A stretch of 64,000 nt of DNA from Crocinitomicaceae bacterium (GTDB lineage: Bacteria; Bacteroidota; Bacteroidia; Flavobacteriales_D; Crocinitomicaceae), in the NCBI GenBank assembly GCA_037189645.1, contig JBBCIY010000002.1, positions 460,922 through 524,921 on the forward strand, written 5' to 3'. The translations under genes were made by a program, and so were the position numbers. This document shows, in pieces, positions 39,248-49,777 of the stretch; position 1 is the stretch's first letter; each line of letters begins with the position of its first letter. The notes below the pieces were generated by a model. It was not told the origin of the DNA. It made no database searches and saw only the letters and a list, made by a program, of their open reading frames with translations.

Positions 39248-39910
39248 ATGAAGAGACTATTAACAACACTTTGTCTTTCATGTATGTATTTATTGGTACA
39301 TGGAAGTCCGGTACATGTTTCATGTGGCGATGATGTTAGTGTCATACAAGACCACTACTCAATTAGTTTTGGTGACGCCATAGAGGCAGGTATCTCAACA
39401 GACCTTTCTTTATCTATTTCATGGAGAGTCGCTCCTCAGGCAGGAGTGAGCAAAACTTCCGGTTTAGGAAAAACCACAGGTAATCTGGTATTTTCCCAGC
39501 CTGGAAAATACCAGATTACTTTCCAGATTCCTGCTCACGGAGATCATCCGGCGAAAACGGAAACGGTTACTGTAGAGGTAAGCAATGTAAAAATGATGTT
39601 TGATACAAAGAACATCGGCTTTTCAAAAGAGCTTACGACAGGAGATGTTTCCGGGATTGTGATGACGGTTCCGGTAACCGTAGAAACGTATGACGGGCAG
39701 GCTTATGGTTATACCGCACGGGAAATTCAGACAACCGGTGTGGCGAAAGTATCCTCACGTCTGAAAGACGGAAGAGTGGTGCTGAAAGACGGGCTTAACG
39801 AGCTGGCCTTTGAATTGTCGGGAGCTGTTTCTCAGCAGGGAAACATCCAGTTCCGTGTTTATGATGACAAAGGAGAAGCTGTATTTTTTAATTATTCAAT
39901 TACTAACTAA
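39248..39910 (+). CDS. Hypothetical secreted protein, co-oriented 5 bp upstream of the giant adhesin
   Basis: 220 aa with a signal peptide (MKRLLTTLCLSCMYLLVHG). Beta-rich. 5-bp gap to the next gene suggests co-transcription. Confidence 0.5.
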   Translation: MKRLLTTLCLSCMYLLVHGSPVHVSCGDDVSVIQDHYSISFGDAIEAGISTDLSLSISWRVAPQAGVSKTSGLGKTTGNLVFSQPGKYQITFQIPAHGDHPAKTETVTVEVSNVKMMFDTKNIGFSKELTTGDVSGIVMTVPVTVETYDGQAYGYTAREIQTTGVAKVSSRLKDGRVVLKDGLNELAFELSGAVSQQGNIQFRVYDDKGEAVFFNYSITN

Positions 39911-39915
39911 CACAC

Positions 39916-42900
39916 ATGAAGAAGAAATTACTTTTCAATAAAGCAAAGTATCTATCCGCGCTCATCGGAGCCGGGTTTATGGCTTTGTTTGCTTCAGAAG
40001 TTCATGCACAGCAGACGGGGTGTAATCCTCTTCAGCCGTATGACCAGATCCAGTCAGGGTTCCATACCACGATCGCGACACGTCCGGATGGTACGTTCCT
40101 GATCTGGGGAGAAGGTGCAAGGGCAGACGGGCCCGGTACGAATGCTGCGGCTAACAATCATTTGTCACCAGTACAGATAGCTCCTAATCCGGGAGTTCCT
40201 GCGGAAGACTATGCTTACACAGGAACACCTTTGTTTGCTACACTGGCGACTCAGGTTAACAATGCTTTCCAGGGGTTTGTATTGTCCACAGACGGCTTAT
40301 GGTCGTGGGGAGCAAACAACGTAGCGGTAGGAACAGATCTGGATAATATTGCCGGGTTTGCCCAGATTAATATGCCGGTTGGAGTAGCACCTGCAGATGT
40401 AAAGAATATGTCCGCTACATGGGGGGCATTGGTGCTGTTGACACATTCGGGAGATATATGGGTAAGCGCACGCCACACTTCCTTTAACGGGATCGGGGGA
40501 ACTGCTCCGGGAGCTGCAGACAATTATTGGTCAAGAGTAACCAGAAGCATAGCGGGAAATCCGCCGTTGACCGGGGTAACTGAGTTCAGGATAACACCGG
40601 CAGGTGTTTTTGCAGTAACTACCACAGGACAGTGGTATACATGGGGACCTGCTACTTATCTCGGAGACGGGTCGGCTGTAGCTGAGCGCAACCGTGCTAC
40701 TCCTATGACGAAGCCGTTTACAGGCAACCCGGTGATGATTGCGATGACACGTGACTGTTCAACTACTAGTATTTCTACTATTACAACTGCTACCAGATCG
40801 AGCTATTATGCCATCGATCCGGTAGACGGTAAGCTGTATGCGCTTGGTGGTAACGCCAGCGGACAGTTGGGACAAAATAACACGACGCATTCTACAGGTT
40901 GGGTGCCTGTTCAGAATCCGACGAATACAGGAGATCTTGATAACGTAATGTTCGTGGCGGGAAATGACCACGATGCGTGGACAACTCAATCCGGAGCTGT
41001 GGCATGTATCCTTACTACCGGAGAATTGTACTCATGGGGGAGCAACAGTAACGGAATGGTCGGTGGACCAGTAGGAACTACAAGATACATGCTTCCGAGA
41101 GTTCCGGGTGGATTTAACCCTGGAGACGTTGCAACGTATGTGGAAGTAGGTGGGCACACAACGGCGACGATGAAACAATGTGCTGAAAGATACTGCTATG
41201 TAGGCCACAAGATTGGTGGTTCGATGGGAGATGGTGTAGCGACAGATCAGAGTATAACATCATTCGACTGTGCCAACACTCCTGAAGGATTCATTTGCGG
41301 ATCAAGTACGTATGATGCAGGAGACGTGCCGCTTTCTTACGAGAACGGAAATCCTGCGACACACTATTATATATGTGGAGATGAAATCTATCTGGGGGCA
41401 ACGCCTCCCGATCCGGATAACGGAATGAACAACAACGTTGCGTCAGGAGCAAACAATATGGGAACAAACGGGGACAATGCGAACGGTGTAGACGAAGACG
41501 GTCTGGATGAATTGACATTGGTTCATTCCGCAGTTAACCCGAATTTCTCGACTACCCTTACATATGTAAATAATTCCACAGATCCTGCTAATATCTATGC
41601 ATGGGTGGACTGGAACGACGATGGTGTCTTCAGCGAAGACGAAAGTTTTATCGCTACAGGACTGGCACCGGATGTGGATCCACAAAACATTAACCTTGTC
41701 TGGAACGGAGTGAATACTTCGTGCGGGTACAAATACATGCGTGTCAGAATTTCAACAAACGCTCTGGCAGATGATCCGGCAACTGTAAACATTGATGAAA
41801 GAAGTTGCCAGCCATTGATCCACGGTGAGGTGGAAGATTACTTCGTAGATGTGGATATCGCATCAAACCCGAATGGAGACTGTGACGGTGACGGAGTATC
41901 AAACGGAGTGGAAATCGCAAACGGAACAAATCCGAACGATCCGTGTAACTTGATTGTAGCAAATCAGGACGTAGCACCAAGTGCAGCTTGGTTGGCAGAT
42001 GATTGTGACGGTGACGGCGTAACGAACGGTCAGGAGGTTACTGACAATACAGATCCGTTTGATCCTTGTGATTTGAATTCAGTACATATTACACTTCCAC
42101 AGGGAGGAGCATGGTTAAACGGAGATTGCGACGGTGACGGCGTAACGAACGGACAGGAAGTTATAGACGGTACAGATCCGACAGACCCTTGTAATTTAAT
42201 TGTCGCAAGTCAAAGCATTCCGCCAAGTGCAGCCTGGAACAACGGAGACTGTGACGGTGACGGAGTAACAAACGGAACAGAAGTTACGAACGGAACAGAT
42301 CTGTTGAACCCATGTGAATACAATCCTGCAAATCAAGTAATCGCAAATGTTACAGCAGCATGGAACAACCTTGACTGTGATGGCGATGGAGTAACGAACG
42401 GACAGGAAATTACGGATGGAACGCAACCATTGAATCCTTGTAATTATCTTGTGGCAAGCCAGGTTATTGCCAATGTTACAGCAGCATGGAACGCGTTAGA
42501 TTGTGACGAAGACGGCGTAACGAACGGTCAGGAAGTTACAGACAATACAGATGTAAACGACCCGTGCGATTACAATGTCGCAAGTCAGAACATTGCGAAC
42601 GTGGGAACACTTTGGAACAATGCGGATTGTGACGGTGATGGTGTAACAAACGGTCAGGAGGTTACAGACAATACAGACGTAAATGATCCGTGCGATTACA
42701 ATGCAGCAAGCCAGGTTATTGCCAATGTTACAGCAGCATGGAACGCATTAGACTGTGACGGCGACGGCGTAACGAACGGTCAGGAAGTTACAGATGGTAC
42801 GAATCCGAACGATCCATGTGATTACAATGCAGCAAACCAGGTTATTGCCAATGTTACAGCAGCATGGAACGCGTTAGACTGTGACGGCGACGGAGTAACA

Positions 42901-45900
42901 AACGGACAAGAGGTTACTGACAATACAGATGTAAATGATCCGTGTGATTACGATGTGGCAAGTCAGGTGATTGCAAACGTTACAGCAACTTGGAACAATG
43001 CAGACTGTGACGGTGATGGTGTAACGAACGGTCAGGAAGTTACAGATAATACAGATGTAAACGATCCGTGTGATTACGATGTGGCGCACCAGAACATTGC
43101 AAATGTAGGAGCACAATGGAATGCGGCAGACTGTGATGGTGATGGTGTAACAAACAGTCAGGAAGTGACGGATAATACAGATCCGAACGACCCGTGTGAT
43201 TACGATGTGGCAAGCCAGGTTATTGCCAATGTTACAGCGGCATGGAACGCATTAGACTGTGACGGCGACGGCGTAACGAATGGTCAGGAAGTTACTGACA
43301 ATACAGACATAAATGATCCGTGTGATTACAATGTAGCAAGTGTTACGCTTCCACAAGGCGGAGCATGGAATGCGGCAGACTGTGACGGCGACGGAGTAAC
43401 GAACGGTGATGAGGTAAATCCTACAGATCCGGGAGACACTCCTACAAATCCATTCGACCCTTGTGATTTGAATTCGGCAGACATTACTCTTGCACAAGGA
43501 GGAGCATGGTTAAACGGCGACTGTGACGGCGATGGTGTAACAAATGGCCAGGAGGTTACAGATAATACAGATGTAAACGACCCGTGTGATTACAATGCAG
43601 CAAGCCAGGTTATTGCCAATGTTACAGCAGCATGGAACGCATTAGACTGTGACGGCGATGGTGTAACAAACGGACAAGAGGTTACAGACGGAACGAATCC
43701 AAATGATCCTTGTAGCTATGATCTTGCAAGCTTTAATCTTGCAAATGTTGGTGCAGGATGGAACGCAGCAGACTGCGACGGCGACGGCGTAACGAATGGT
43801 CAGGAAGTTACAGACAATACAGACTTCAACGATCCGTGTGATCTTGTGGTTGCAAATCAAACACCAGGACTGGCAAGTACAGCTTGGAATAACGGCGACT
43901 GTGACGGTGACGGAGTAACGAATGAGGATGAGGTGAATGACAATACAGATCCATTAGATCCATGTGACCTTGTTGTAGCAAGTCAAACACCAGGACTGGC
44001 AAGTGCAGCTTGGAACAACGGCGACTGTGACGGCGACGGAGTAACGAATGAGGACGAGGTTACTGATAATACAGACATCAACGATCCGTGTGATTTTGTT
44101 ACCGGACACCAGACATTGACTCCTGATCCGGTGGCGTGGGATAACGCAGACTGTGATGGTGACGGAGTAACAAACGGACAAGAAATCGCAGACGGAACAG
44201 ATCCAAACGATCCTTGTAATTACAATGTAGCAAGTCAGGTTCTTGCAAATGTTGGTGCAGGATGGAACAACGCAGACTGTGACGGCGATGGTGTAACAAA
44301 CGGTCAGGAAGTTACTGACAATACAGATCCATTAGATCCATGTGACCTTGTAGTTGCAAATCAAACACCAGGACTGGCAAGCACAGCATGGAATAACGGC
44401 GACTGTGATGGTGACGGAGTAACGAATGAGGACGAGTTGTCTGACAATACAGATCCATTAGATCCATGTGACCTTGTTGTAGCAAGTCAAACACCAGGGC
44501 TGGCAAGTGCAGCATGGAACGCGGCAGACTGTGACGGTGACGGAATAACGAACGGTGATGAGGTTACTGATAATACAGATGTAAATGATCCGTGTGATTA
44601 CAATCCTGCAAACTTTGACATTGTAAATGTTGGTGCAGCATGGAACGCGGCAGACTGCGACGGTGACGGAGTAACAAACGGACAAGAGGTTACTGACAAT
44701 ACAGACTTCAACGATCCGTGTGATCTTGTGGTTGCAAATCAAACACCAGGACTGGCAAGTACAGCTTGGAATAACGGCGACTGCGATGGTGATGGTGTAA
44801 CAAATGAAGACGAGTTGTCTGATAATACAGACATTCACGATCCATGTGACCTTGTTGTAGCAAGTCAAACACCAGGGCTGGCAAGTGCAGCATGGAACGC
44901 GGCAGACTGTGACGGTGACGGAGTAACGAACGAAGACGAGGTTACTGATAATACAGATGTAAATGATCCGTGTGATTACAATCCTGCAAACTTTGACATT
45001 GTAAATGTTGGTGCAGCATGGAACGCAGCAGACTGTGACGGTGACGGAGTAACCAACGGTGACGAAGTTGCGGACGGTACAGACTTCAACGATCCATGTA
45101 GCCTTGTTGTAACACATCAGACAGTAGCGCCAAGCACAGCTTGGAACAACGGTGACTGCGATGGTGACGGAGTAACAAACGAAGACGAGCTGGATGATGA
45201 CACAGACATTCACGATCCGTGTGACCTTGTTGTAGCACATCAAACAGTAGCACCAAGTGCAGCATGGAACACGGCAGACTGTGATGGCGATGGAGTAACC
45301 AACGGTGACGAGCTGAATGACAATACAGATGTAAATGATCCGTGTGACCTTGTTGTAACACATCAAACAGTAGCACCAAGTGCAGCATGGAACGCGGCCG
45401 ACTGTGATGGCGATGGAGTAACCAACGGTGACGAGCTGAATGATGACACAGACATCAACGATCCATGTGATTACTTGTTTACAAGCGTAACAGCAACGCC
45501 AAGTGCAGCATGGAACGCAGCAGATTGTGACGGCGATGGAGTAACCAACGGTGACGAAGTAGCTGACGGAACAGATCCGAACGATCCATGTGATTTTGTA
45601 ACGTTAAGCCAGACAGTAACACCAGGCGCAGCATGGAACGACCTTGACTGTGACGGTGATGGAGTAACCAATGGTGATGAATTAACGAACGGCAATGATC
45701 CGAACGATCCATGTGACTTCACACTGGCAAGCCAGACTGTAACGCCAAGCACAGCATGGAATAACGGAGACTGTGATGGTGACGGTGTAACCAATGGTAA
45801 CGAAGTTACAGACGGTACGAATCCGAACGATCCGTGTGATTACCTGTCAGGAAGCGTAACAGTAACACCAACTACGGTTTGGAACGATGCAGACTGCGAC

Positions 45901-46506
45901 GGTGACGGTGTTACAAATGGCCAGGAGGTTACAGACGGTACAAATCCGAATGATCCATGTGATTACCTGATTGCGAACGTAACGCTTACACAGGGAGGTG
46001 CCTGGAGCGCAGCGGATTGTGACGGTGACGGTGTAACGAATGGAAATGAAGCTACAGACGGTACGAATCCGTTTGACGGATGTGACTTCTTAGTGACAAG
46101 CCAGACTGTTACGCCAAGTGATGAGTGGAACAACGGAGACTGTGACGGCGATGGAATCACGAACGGTGAAGAAACTGGAGGAGGTTCAAACCCACTTGAT
46201 CCATGCGATCCGAAAACATGCGGTATTGATATACCGAATGCGTTTACACCGGATGGTGACGGCATCAACGACGTATGGGTAATTGAAGGAATCGAAAATT
46301 ATCCGGACAACCAGCTGACAGTTTACAACCGATGGGGTAATGTGGTTTACACTGCGGACGGATACCTGAACACATGGGACGGTACGTCAAACAGTAACCT
46401 GAATATTGGCGGCGGAGAGCTTCCTACAGGAACATATTACTATGTCATCGAGACAAATGACGAGACTGTCGGTGTATTGAAAGGATATGTATATATCCAG
46501 CGTTAA
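39916..46506 (+). CDS. Giant cell-surface adhesin: RCC1-like beta-propeller + ~34 tandem TSP3-like Ca-binding repeats + T9SS type-B C-terminal domain
   Basis: 2196 aa. Signal peptide. RCC1-type repeats (GGNASGQLGQNNTTHSTGW; GSNSNGMVGGPVG). About 34 repeats of a 42-aa unit WNxxDCDGDGVTNGQEVTDNTDxNDPCDYxVASQxIANVTAA (DxDxDG Ca-binding, 2 Cys per unit). C-terminal gliding-motility/type-B CTD (CGIDIPNAFTPDGDGINDVWVIEGI...GTYYYVIETNDETVGVLKGYVYIQR). Confidence 0.9.
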   Translation: MKKKLLFNKAKYLSALIGAGFMALFASEVHAQQTGCNPLQPYDQIQSGFHTTIATRPDGTFLIWGEGARADGPGTNAAANNHLSPVQIAPNPGVPAEDYAYTGTPLFATLATQVNNAFQGFVLSTDGLWSWGANNVAVGTDLDNIAGFAQINMPVGVAPADVKNMSATWGALVLLTHSGDIWVSARHTSFNGIGGTAPGAADNYWSRVTRSIAGNPPLTGVTEFRITPAGVFAVTTTGQWYTWGPATYLGDGSAVAERNRATPMTKPFTGNPVMIAMTRDCSTTSISTITTATRSSYYAIDPVDGKLYALGGNASGQLGQNNTTHSTGWVPVQNPTNTGDLDNVMFVAGNDHDAWTTQSGAVACILTTGELYSWGSNSNGMVGGPVGTTRYMLPRVPGGFNPGDVATYVEVGGHTTATMKQCAERYCYVGHKIGGSMGDGVATDQSITSFDCANTPEGFICGSSTYDAGDVPLSYENGNPATHYYICGDEIYLGATPPDPDNGMNNNVASGANNMGTNGDNANGVDEDGLDELTLVHSAVNPNFSTTLTYVNNSTDPANIYAWVDWNDDGVFSEDESFIATGLAPDVDPQNINLVWNGVNTSCGYKYMRVRISTNALADDPATVNIDERSCQPLIHGEVEDYFVDVDIASNPNGDCDGDGVSNGVEIANGTNPNDPCNLIVANQDVAPSAAWLADDCDGDGVTNGQEVTDNTDPFDPCDLNSVHITLPQGGAWLNGDCDGDGVTNGQEVIDGTDPTDPCNLIVASQSIPPSAAWNNGDCDGDGVTNGTEVTNGTDLLNPCEYNPANQVIANVTAAWNNLDCDGDGVTNGQEITDGTQPLNPCNYLVASQVIANVTAAWNALDCDEDGVTNGQEVTDNTDVNDPCDYNVASQNIANVGTLWNNADCDGDGVTNGQEVTDNTDVNDPCDYNAASQVIANVTAAWNALDCDGDGVTNGQEVTDGTNPNDPCDYNAANQVIANVTAAWNALDCDGDGVTNGQEVTDNTDVNDPCDYDVASQVIANVTATWNNADCDGDGVTNGQEVTDNTDVNDPCDYDVAHQNIANVGAQWNAADCDGDGVTNSQEVTDNTDPNDPCDYDVASQVIANVTAAWNALDCDGDGVTNGQEVTDNTDINDPCDYNVASVTLPQGGAWNAADCDGDGVTNGDEVNPTDPGDTPTNPFDPCDLNSADITLAQGGAWLNGDCDGDGVTNGQEVTDNTDVNDPCDYNAASQVIANVTAAWNALDCDGDGVTNGQEVTDGTNPNDPCSYDLASFNLANVGAGWNAADCDGDGVTNGQEVTDNTDFNDPCDLVVANQTPGLASTAWNNGDCDGDGVTNEDEVNDNTDPLDPCDLVVASQTPGLASAAWNNGDCDGDGVTNEDEVTDNTDINDPCDFVTGHQTLTPDPVAWDNADCDGDGVTNGQEIADGTDPNDPCNYNVASQVLANVGAGWNNADCDGDGVTNGQEVTDNTDPLDPCDLVVANQTPGLASTAWNNGDCDGDGVTNEDELSDNTDPLDPCDLVVASQTPGLASAAWNAADCDGDGITNGDEVTDNTDVNDPCDYNPANFDIVNVGAAWNAADCDGDGVTNGQEVTDNTDFNDPCDLVVANQTPGLASTAWNNGDCDGDGVTNEDELSDNTDIHDPCDLVVASQTPGLASAAWNAADCDGDGVTNEDEVTDNTDVNDPCDYNPANFDIVNVGAAWNAADCDGDGVTNGDEVADGTDFNDPCSLVVTHQTVAPSTAWNNGDCDGDGVTNEDELDDDTDIHDPCDLVVAHQTVAPSAAWNTADCDGDGVTNGDELNDNTDVNDPCDLVVTHQTVAPSAAWNAADCDGDGVTNGDELNDDTDINDPCDYLFTSVTATPSAAWNAADCDGDGVTNGDEVADGTDPNDPCDFVTLSQTVTPGAAWNDLDCDGDGVTNGDELTNGNDPNDPCDFTLASQTVTPSTAWNNGDCDGDGVTNGNEVTDGTNPNDPCDYLSGSVTVTPTTVWNDADCDGDGVTNGQEVTDGTNPNDPCDYLIANVTLTQGGAWSAADCDGDGVTNGNEATDGTNPFDGCDFLVTSQTVTPSDEWNNGDCDGDGITNGEETGGGSNPLDPCDPKTCGIDIPNAFTPDGDGINDVWVIEGIENYPDNQLTVYNRWGNVVYTADGYLNTWDGTSNSNLNIGGGELPTGTYYYVIETNDETVGVLKGYVYIQR
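41860..46215 (+). repeat. In-frame tandem DNA repeat array, period 126 bp (about 34 copies, many near-identical)
   Basis: Recurrent blocks such as gcagcatggaacgc(a/g)ttagactgtgacggcgacgg(c/a)gtaac(g/a)aacggtcaggaagttac(a/t)ga(c/t)aatacagatgtaaa(c/t)gatccgtgtgattac recur at 126-bp spacing (e.g. 42487, 42613, 42739). Coding: the period is a multiple of 3 and there are no non-repeat spacers. Copy-number variation and assembly collapse are possible. Confidence 0.85.
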
Positions 46507-46541
46507 GAGTGAAATTTTTCAAAAATTGAAAAAAAATAAAA

Positions 46542-47465
46542 ATGAAAACAATTAAGTTTTTAGCAGGTTGTTTTACACTGGTGCTTCTTGGAAGCACCAG
46601 TGCAACCGCGCAGCAAGACCCTCATTATACACAGTATTTTGACAACATGCTGTTTATCAACCCGGCTTATGCAGGAAGCCGCGGGATGTTGAACATGACC
46701 GGGATACACCGTGAGCAGTGGGTAGGATTTGACGGACGTCCGCGTTCATCCACATTCAGCATTCATTCACCTTTATCCTACGAATCAGTAGGGCTGGGGC
46801 TGACAGCAGTGAACGACAACATCGGGCCGATGAACCAGACAATGTTTTACGCGGATGCGTCCTATACCGTAAAATTTAAGAACCATAAAGGGAAGCTGGC
46901 ATTTGGTGTAAAAGGAGGGATCAACCTGATCAACATCGGGAGAGACGGACTGAACACAGATAATCCGAATGATCCTAAATTGTTGCAGAACATCCGTAAC
47001 AATATCAATCCGAACTTCGGATTCGGGATCTATTACCATACTCCAGGATTCTTTATCGGAGTAAGTACACCGAAGATTCTGGAACAAAGCTATGACGAGC
47101 TGAGTACAACCAACCTGGAACGCCGTCACTACTTTGGAACAATCGGAGGGGTTATTCCCGTATCGGACAAATGGAAGCTGAGACCAACTTCATTGATAAA
47201 AATAACAGAAGGAGCTCCATTGAGCCTGGACCTGACAATGGCTGCGATCTATAACGAAAAACTGTGGTTGGGAGCAAATTACCGTTTGCTGGCAGCTTTT
47301 GGAGCGTTTGTACAGGTACAGATTTCTCCTCAGTTCAAGATCGGGGTAGCAAGTGATTTCGGTACACAGAAATTGAGAAACTATAACCACGGATCTTTTG
47401 AGATCATGTTGTCTTACGACTTCACGTTCAAAAAAGAAGGTATTCGTTCACCTCGTTATTTCTAA
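46542..47465 (+). CDS. porP: T9SS membrane protein PorP/SprF family
   Basis: 307 aa. Signal peptide then the family-defining start QQDPHYTQYFDNMLFINPAYAG. Beta-barrel profile. Immediately downstream of the type-B CTD adhesin, as for SprB/SprF. Confidence 0.85.
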   Translation: MKTIKFLAGCFTLVLLGSTSATAQQDPHYTQYFDNMLFINPAYAGSRGMLNMTGIHREQWVGFDGRPRSSTFSIHSPLSYESVGLGLTAVNDNIGPMNQTMFYADASYTVKFKNHKGKLAFGVKGGINLINIGRDGLNTDNPNDPKLLQNIRNNINPNFGFGIYYHTPGFFIGVSTPKILEQSYDELSTTNLERRHYFGTIGGVIPVSDKWKLRPTSLIKITEGAPLSLDLTMAAIYNEKLWLGANYRLLAAFGAFVQVQISPQFKIGVASDFGTQKLRNYNHGSFEIMLSYDFTFKKEGIRSPRYF

Positions 47466-47483
47466 CCAAACAGACAAAAGAAA

Positions 47484-49742
47484 ATGAAAGCAATATTATT
47501 AGTAGTAGCATGTAGTTTATCGTTGTCCTTGTTTGGGCAAGCCGGAAAATTGAAGAAGGCGGATAATTATTTCAACCGCCTGTCCTATGCGTATGCGGCA
47601 GAATTGTATGAAGAGCTGATCGGTTCGGAAGTCGACAGCCCTGAATTGAAAAGCAAGCTGGCGTACAGTTACCTGAAAATGGATAACTATACGAAATCTG
47701 TTGAGTATTACGGAAAGATGATCGAATCTTCGGAAGCAAAGCCGGAAGATTATTACCATTATTCCTATGTGCTGAAGCAGACCGGGAATTATTCTGAAAG
47801 TGACAAGTGGATGAACAAATTCAGCCAGTCTGTTACAGCAGATACCAGGAGCCAGTTGTTTTTGTCCAATACGGCATACAAGTCGAAGATAGAAAAGAAC
47901 CAGCCGTTCTTTTCACTGGAGAACCTTTCCCTGAACACTTCTTCCGCTGATTTCGGAGGATATTACAACCCGGCACAGGATCGCATGTATTTCATTACGG
48001 CGCGAAGAAAACGGGCATTTGTTAAAAATGAATGGTCATGGGATGCGAGAAGATTCCTCGATTTGTACCAGGTTTCCGTCAGCCAGGAAAATAAACTGGG
48101 CGATCCGAAACGGGTTTCCAAGGTAAATACCAAATTCCACGAGGGACCGGTTGCGTTTGCACCGGACGGGAAAAAGGTTTATTTCACTAGAAACAATATT
48201 TCGTCCGGAAGCAAGCGACGTGACGGGCAGAAAATTCAGAACCTGAAATTATATATTGCCGACGTTGATGAAAAGGGAAATTGGATAAATGAACAGGAAT
48301 TCCCGTACAATTCGAAGGATTATTCAGTAGGGCATCCGACCATTACCCAGGACGGAAAAACAATATACCTGGTATCCGACAAGCCGGGAGGAATCGGTGG
48401 AGCGGATATTTACAAAGTAGCAATCCAGGAAGACGGGACATTCGGAGAAATGATTAACCTCGGAAACAAGATCAACACGGAAGGACAGGAAATGTTCCCG
48501 TTCATTGATTCCGAAGGAAGACTGTTCTTCTCAACGGATGGCCACCCGGGACTGGGAGGACTGGATGTGTTCGTTGCTTTCTTTGAAAACGGAAACGCCG
48601 GGAAGATCCACAACGTTGGGTTGCCGATCAACAGCCAGTACGATGATTTTGCATTCAACATGTCAAAAGACTTCAAAACAGGCTTTCTTTCTTCCAACCG
48701 TGAAGGCGGAAAGGGAGGAGATGACATCTATTCGGTGCAGTTGATTCGTCCGTTTGTATTTGGCGTAACCATCAAAGGAACGGCAAAAGACAAGAAAGGT
48801 GAAATCGTTCCGTTCGCAAAAATCGACCTGAAAGATGACAAAGGAAACATCATCGAAACGGTTACGGCTGACGAAAACGGAGCCTATACATTTGAAGCGG
48901 AATACGAGAAGAATTACGGTCTGGGAGGTTCAAAAGCAGACTACTTCGACGGGAAGAATACAGCAAGCACATTCACGGATGAGCAAGTTGTGATCGCAGA
49001 TGTTGTATTGGAAAAAGACCCTGGTTTGTCTTTGTACGCATTGATCACCGACAAGAAAACAGGACAGCCTCTGGAAGGAGTACAGGTTTACCTGGTTGAC
49101 AACATGACAGACAAGTCGAAGAAAATCGTAACACCTGTAACGGGAGATTTCAGAGAAGCACTGTTTGGCAAGAAACTGAACGACAGAGGAAGCTATAACC
49201 TCATTCTTCAGAAAGAAGGGTATTTTTCCAAGACAGTGACTTACAATACACTGTTTGAAAGACCTGGACAGTACGACATTCACGCGATTCTTGATCTGGG
49301 ACTGGATCCGGAGGTAAAGGATTTGTCTGAAATGGTACAGATCAACCCGATCAACTTCGACCTGAACAAGTATAACATTCGCCCTGACGCTGCGAAAGAG
49401 CTGGATAAGATCGTAGAAGTGATGAACAAATACCCGCACATGGTAGTGGAATTAGGTTCACACACCGACTGTCGCGCCTCAAAGGCATATAACATGAAAT
49501 TGTCTGATAACCGTGCAAAATCATCGGCTGAGTATATCAAGAAAAGGATTACCAACCCGGAGCGCATCTACGGTAAAGGATACGGGGAATCCCGTTTGCT
49601 GAACGGATGCGAATGTGAAGGGAACGTGAAATCCGATTGCCCGGAAGAAGAGCATGAAAAGAACAGACGTACAGAATTTAAAGTAATCTCTACAGGTGAT
49701 GATAAGCTAAAAGTGAACAACACCAGTACAGACAGTTTTTAG
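47484..49742 (+). CDS. OmpA-family protein with TPR, PD40/WD40-like beta-propeller and C-terminal OmpA peptidoglycan-binding domain
   Basis: 752 aa. Signal peptide. TPR-like N-terminus. Tol-Pal-type PD40 repeats (GGADIY, GGLDVF, GGDDIY). CarboxypepD_reg-like Ig domains. OmpA_C (NFDLNKYNIRPDAAKELDKIVEVMNKYPHMVVELGSHTDCRASKAYNMKLSDNRAKSSAEYI). Third member of the usual CTD-B / PorP / OmpA triad. Confidence 0.85.
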   Translation: MKAILLVVACSLSLSLFGQAGKLKKADNYFNRLSYAYAAELYEELIGSEVDSPELKSKLAYSYLKMDNYTKSVEYYGKMIESSEAKPEDYYHYSYVLKQTGNYSESDKWMNKFSQSVTADTRSQLFLSNTAYKSKIEKNQPFFSLENLSLNTSSADFGGYYNPAQDRMYFITARRKRAFVKNEWSWDARRFLDLYQVSVSQENKLGDPKRVSKVNTKFHEGPVAFAPDGKKVYFTRNNISSGSKRRDGQKIQNLKLYIADVDEKGNWINEQEFPYNSKDYSVGHPTITQDGKTIYLVSDKPGGIGGADIYKVAIQEDGTFGEMINLGNKINTEGQEMFPFIDSEGRLFFSTDGHPGLGGLDVFVAFFENGNAGKIHNVGLPINSQYDDFAFNMSKDFKTGFLSSNREGGKGGDDIYSVQLIRPFVFGVTIKGTAKDKKGEIVPFAKIDLKDDKGNIIETVTADENGAYTFEAEYEKNYGLGGSKADYFDGKNTASTFTDEQVVIADVVLEKDPGLSLYALITDKKTGQPLEGVQVYLVDNMTDKSKKIVTPVTGDFREALFGKKLNDRGSYNLILQKEGYFSKTVTYNTLFERPGQYDIHAILDLGLDPEVKDLSEMVQINPINFDLNKYNIRPDAAKELDKIVEVMNKYPHMVVELGSHTDCRASKAYNMKLSDNRAKSSAEYIKKRITNPERIYGKGYGESRLLNGCECEGNVKSDCPEEEHEKNRRTEFKVISTGDDKLKVNNTSTDSF

Positions 49743-49777
49743 GTGGTTAGGTGAAGTAGTAAGTAGTAGTAGATGGG

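Noticed and set aside
42196-45794. Many Cys/His-rich minus-strand ORFs (e.g. 44458-45366, 302 aa; 45086-45388; 43252-43497) inside the giant adhesin gene
   Set aside because: They are reverse-complement readings of the 126-bp coding tandem repeat. Their periodic low-complexity sequence (VTVCRVPCC...) simply reflects the GAC/GGT-rich sense strand. The plus-strand ORF has a signal peptide, recognised domains and a CTD, so these are shadow ORFs.
41860-46215. Possible CRISPR array suggested by regular tandem repeats
   Set aside because: Period is 126 bp with no unique spacers. Repeats are in-frame within a 6.6-kb ORF and encode a recognisable Ca-binding protein motif. No cas genes nearby.
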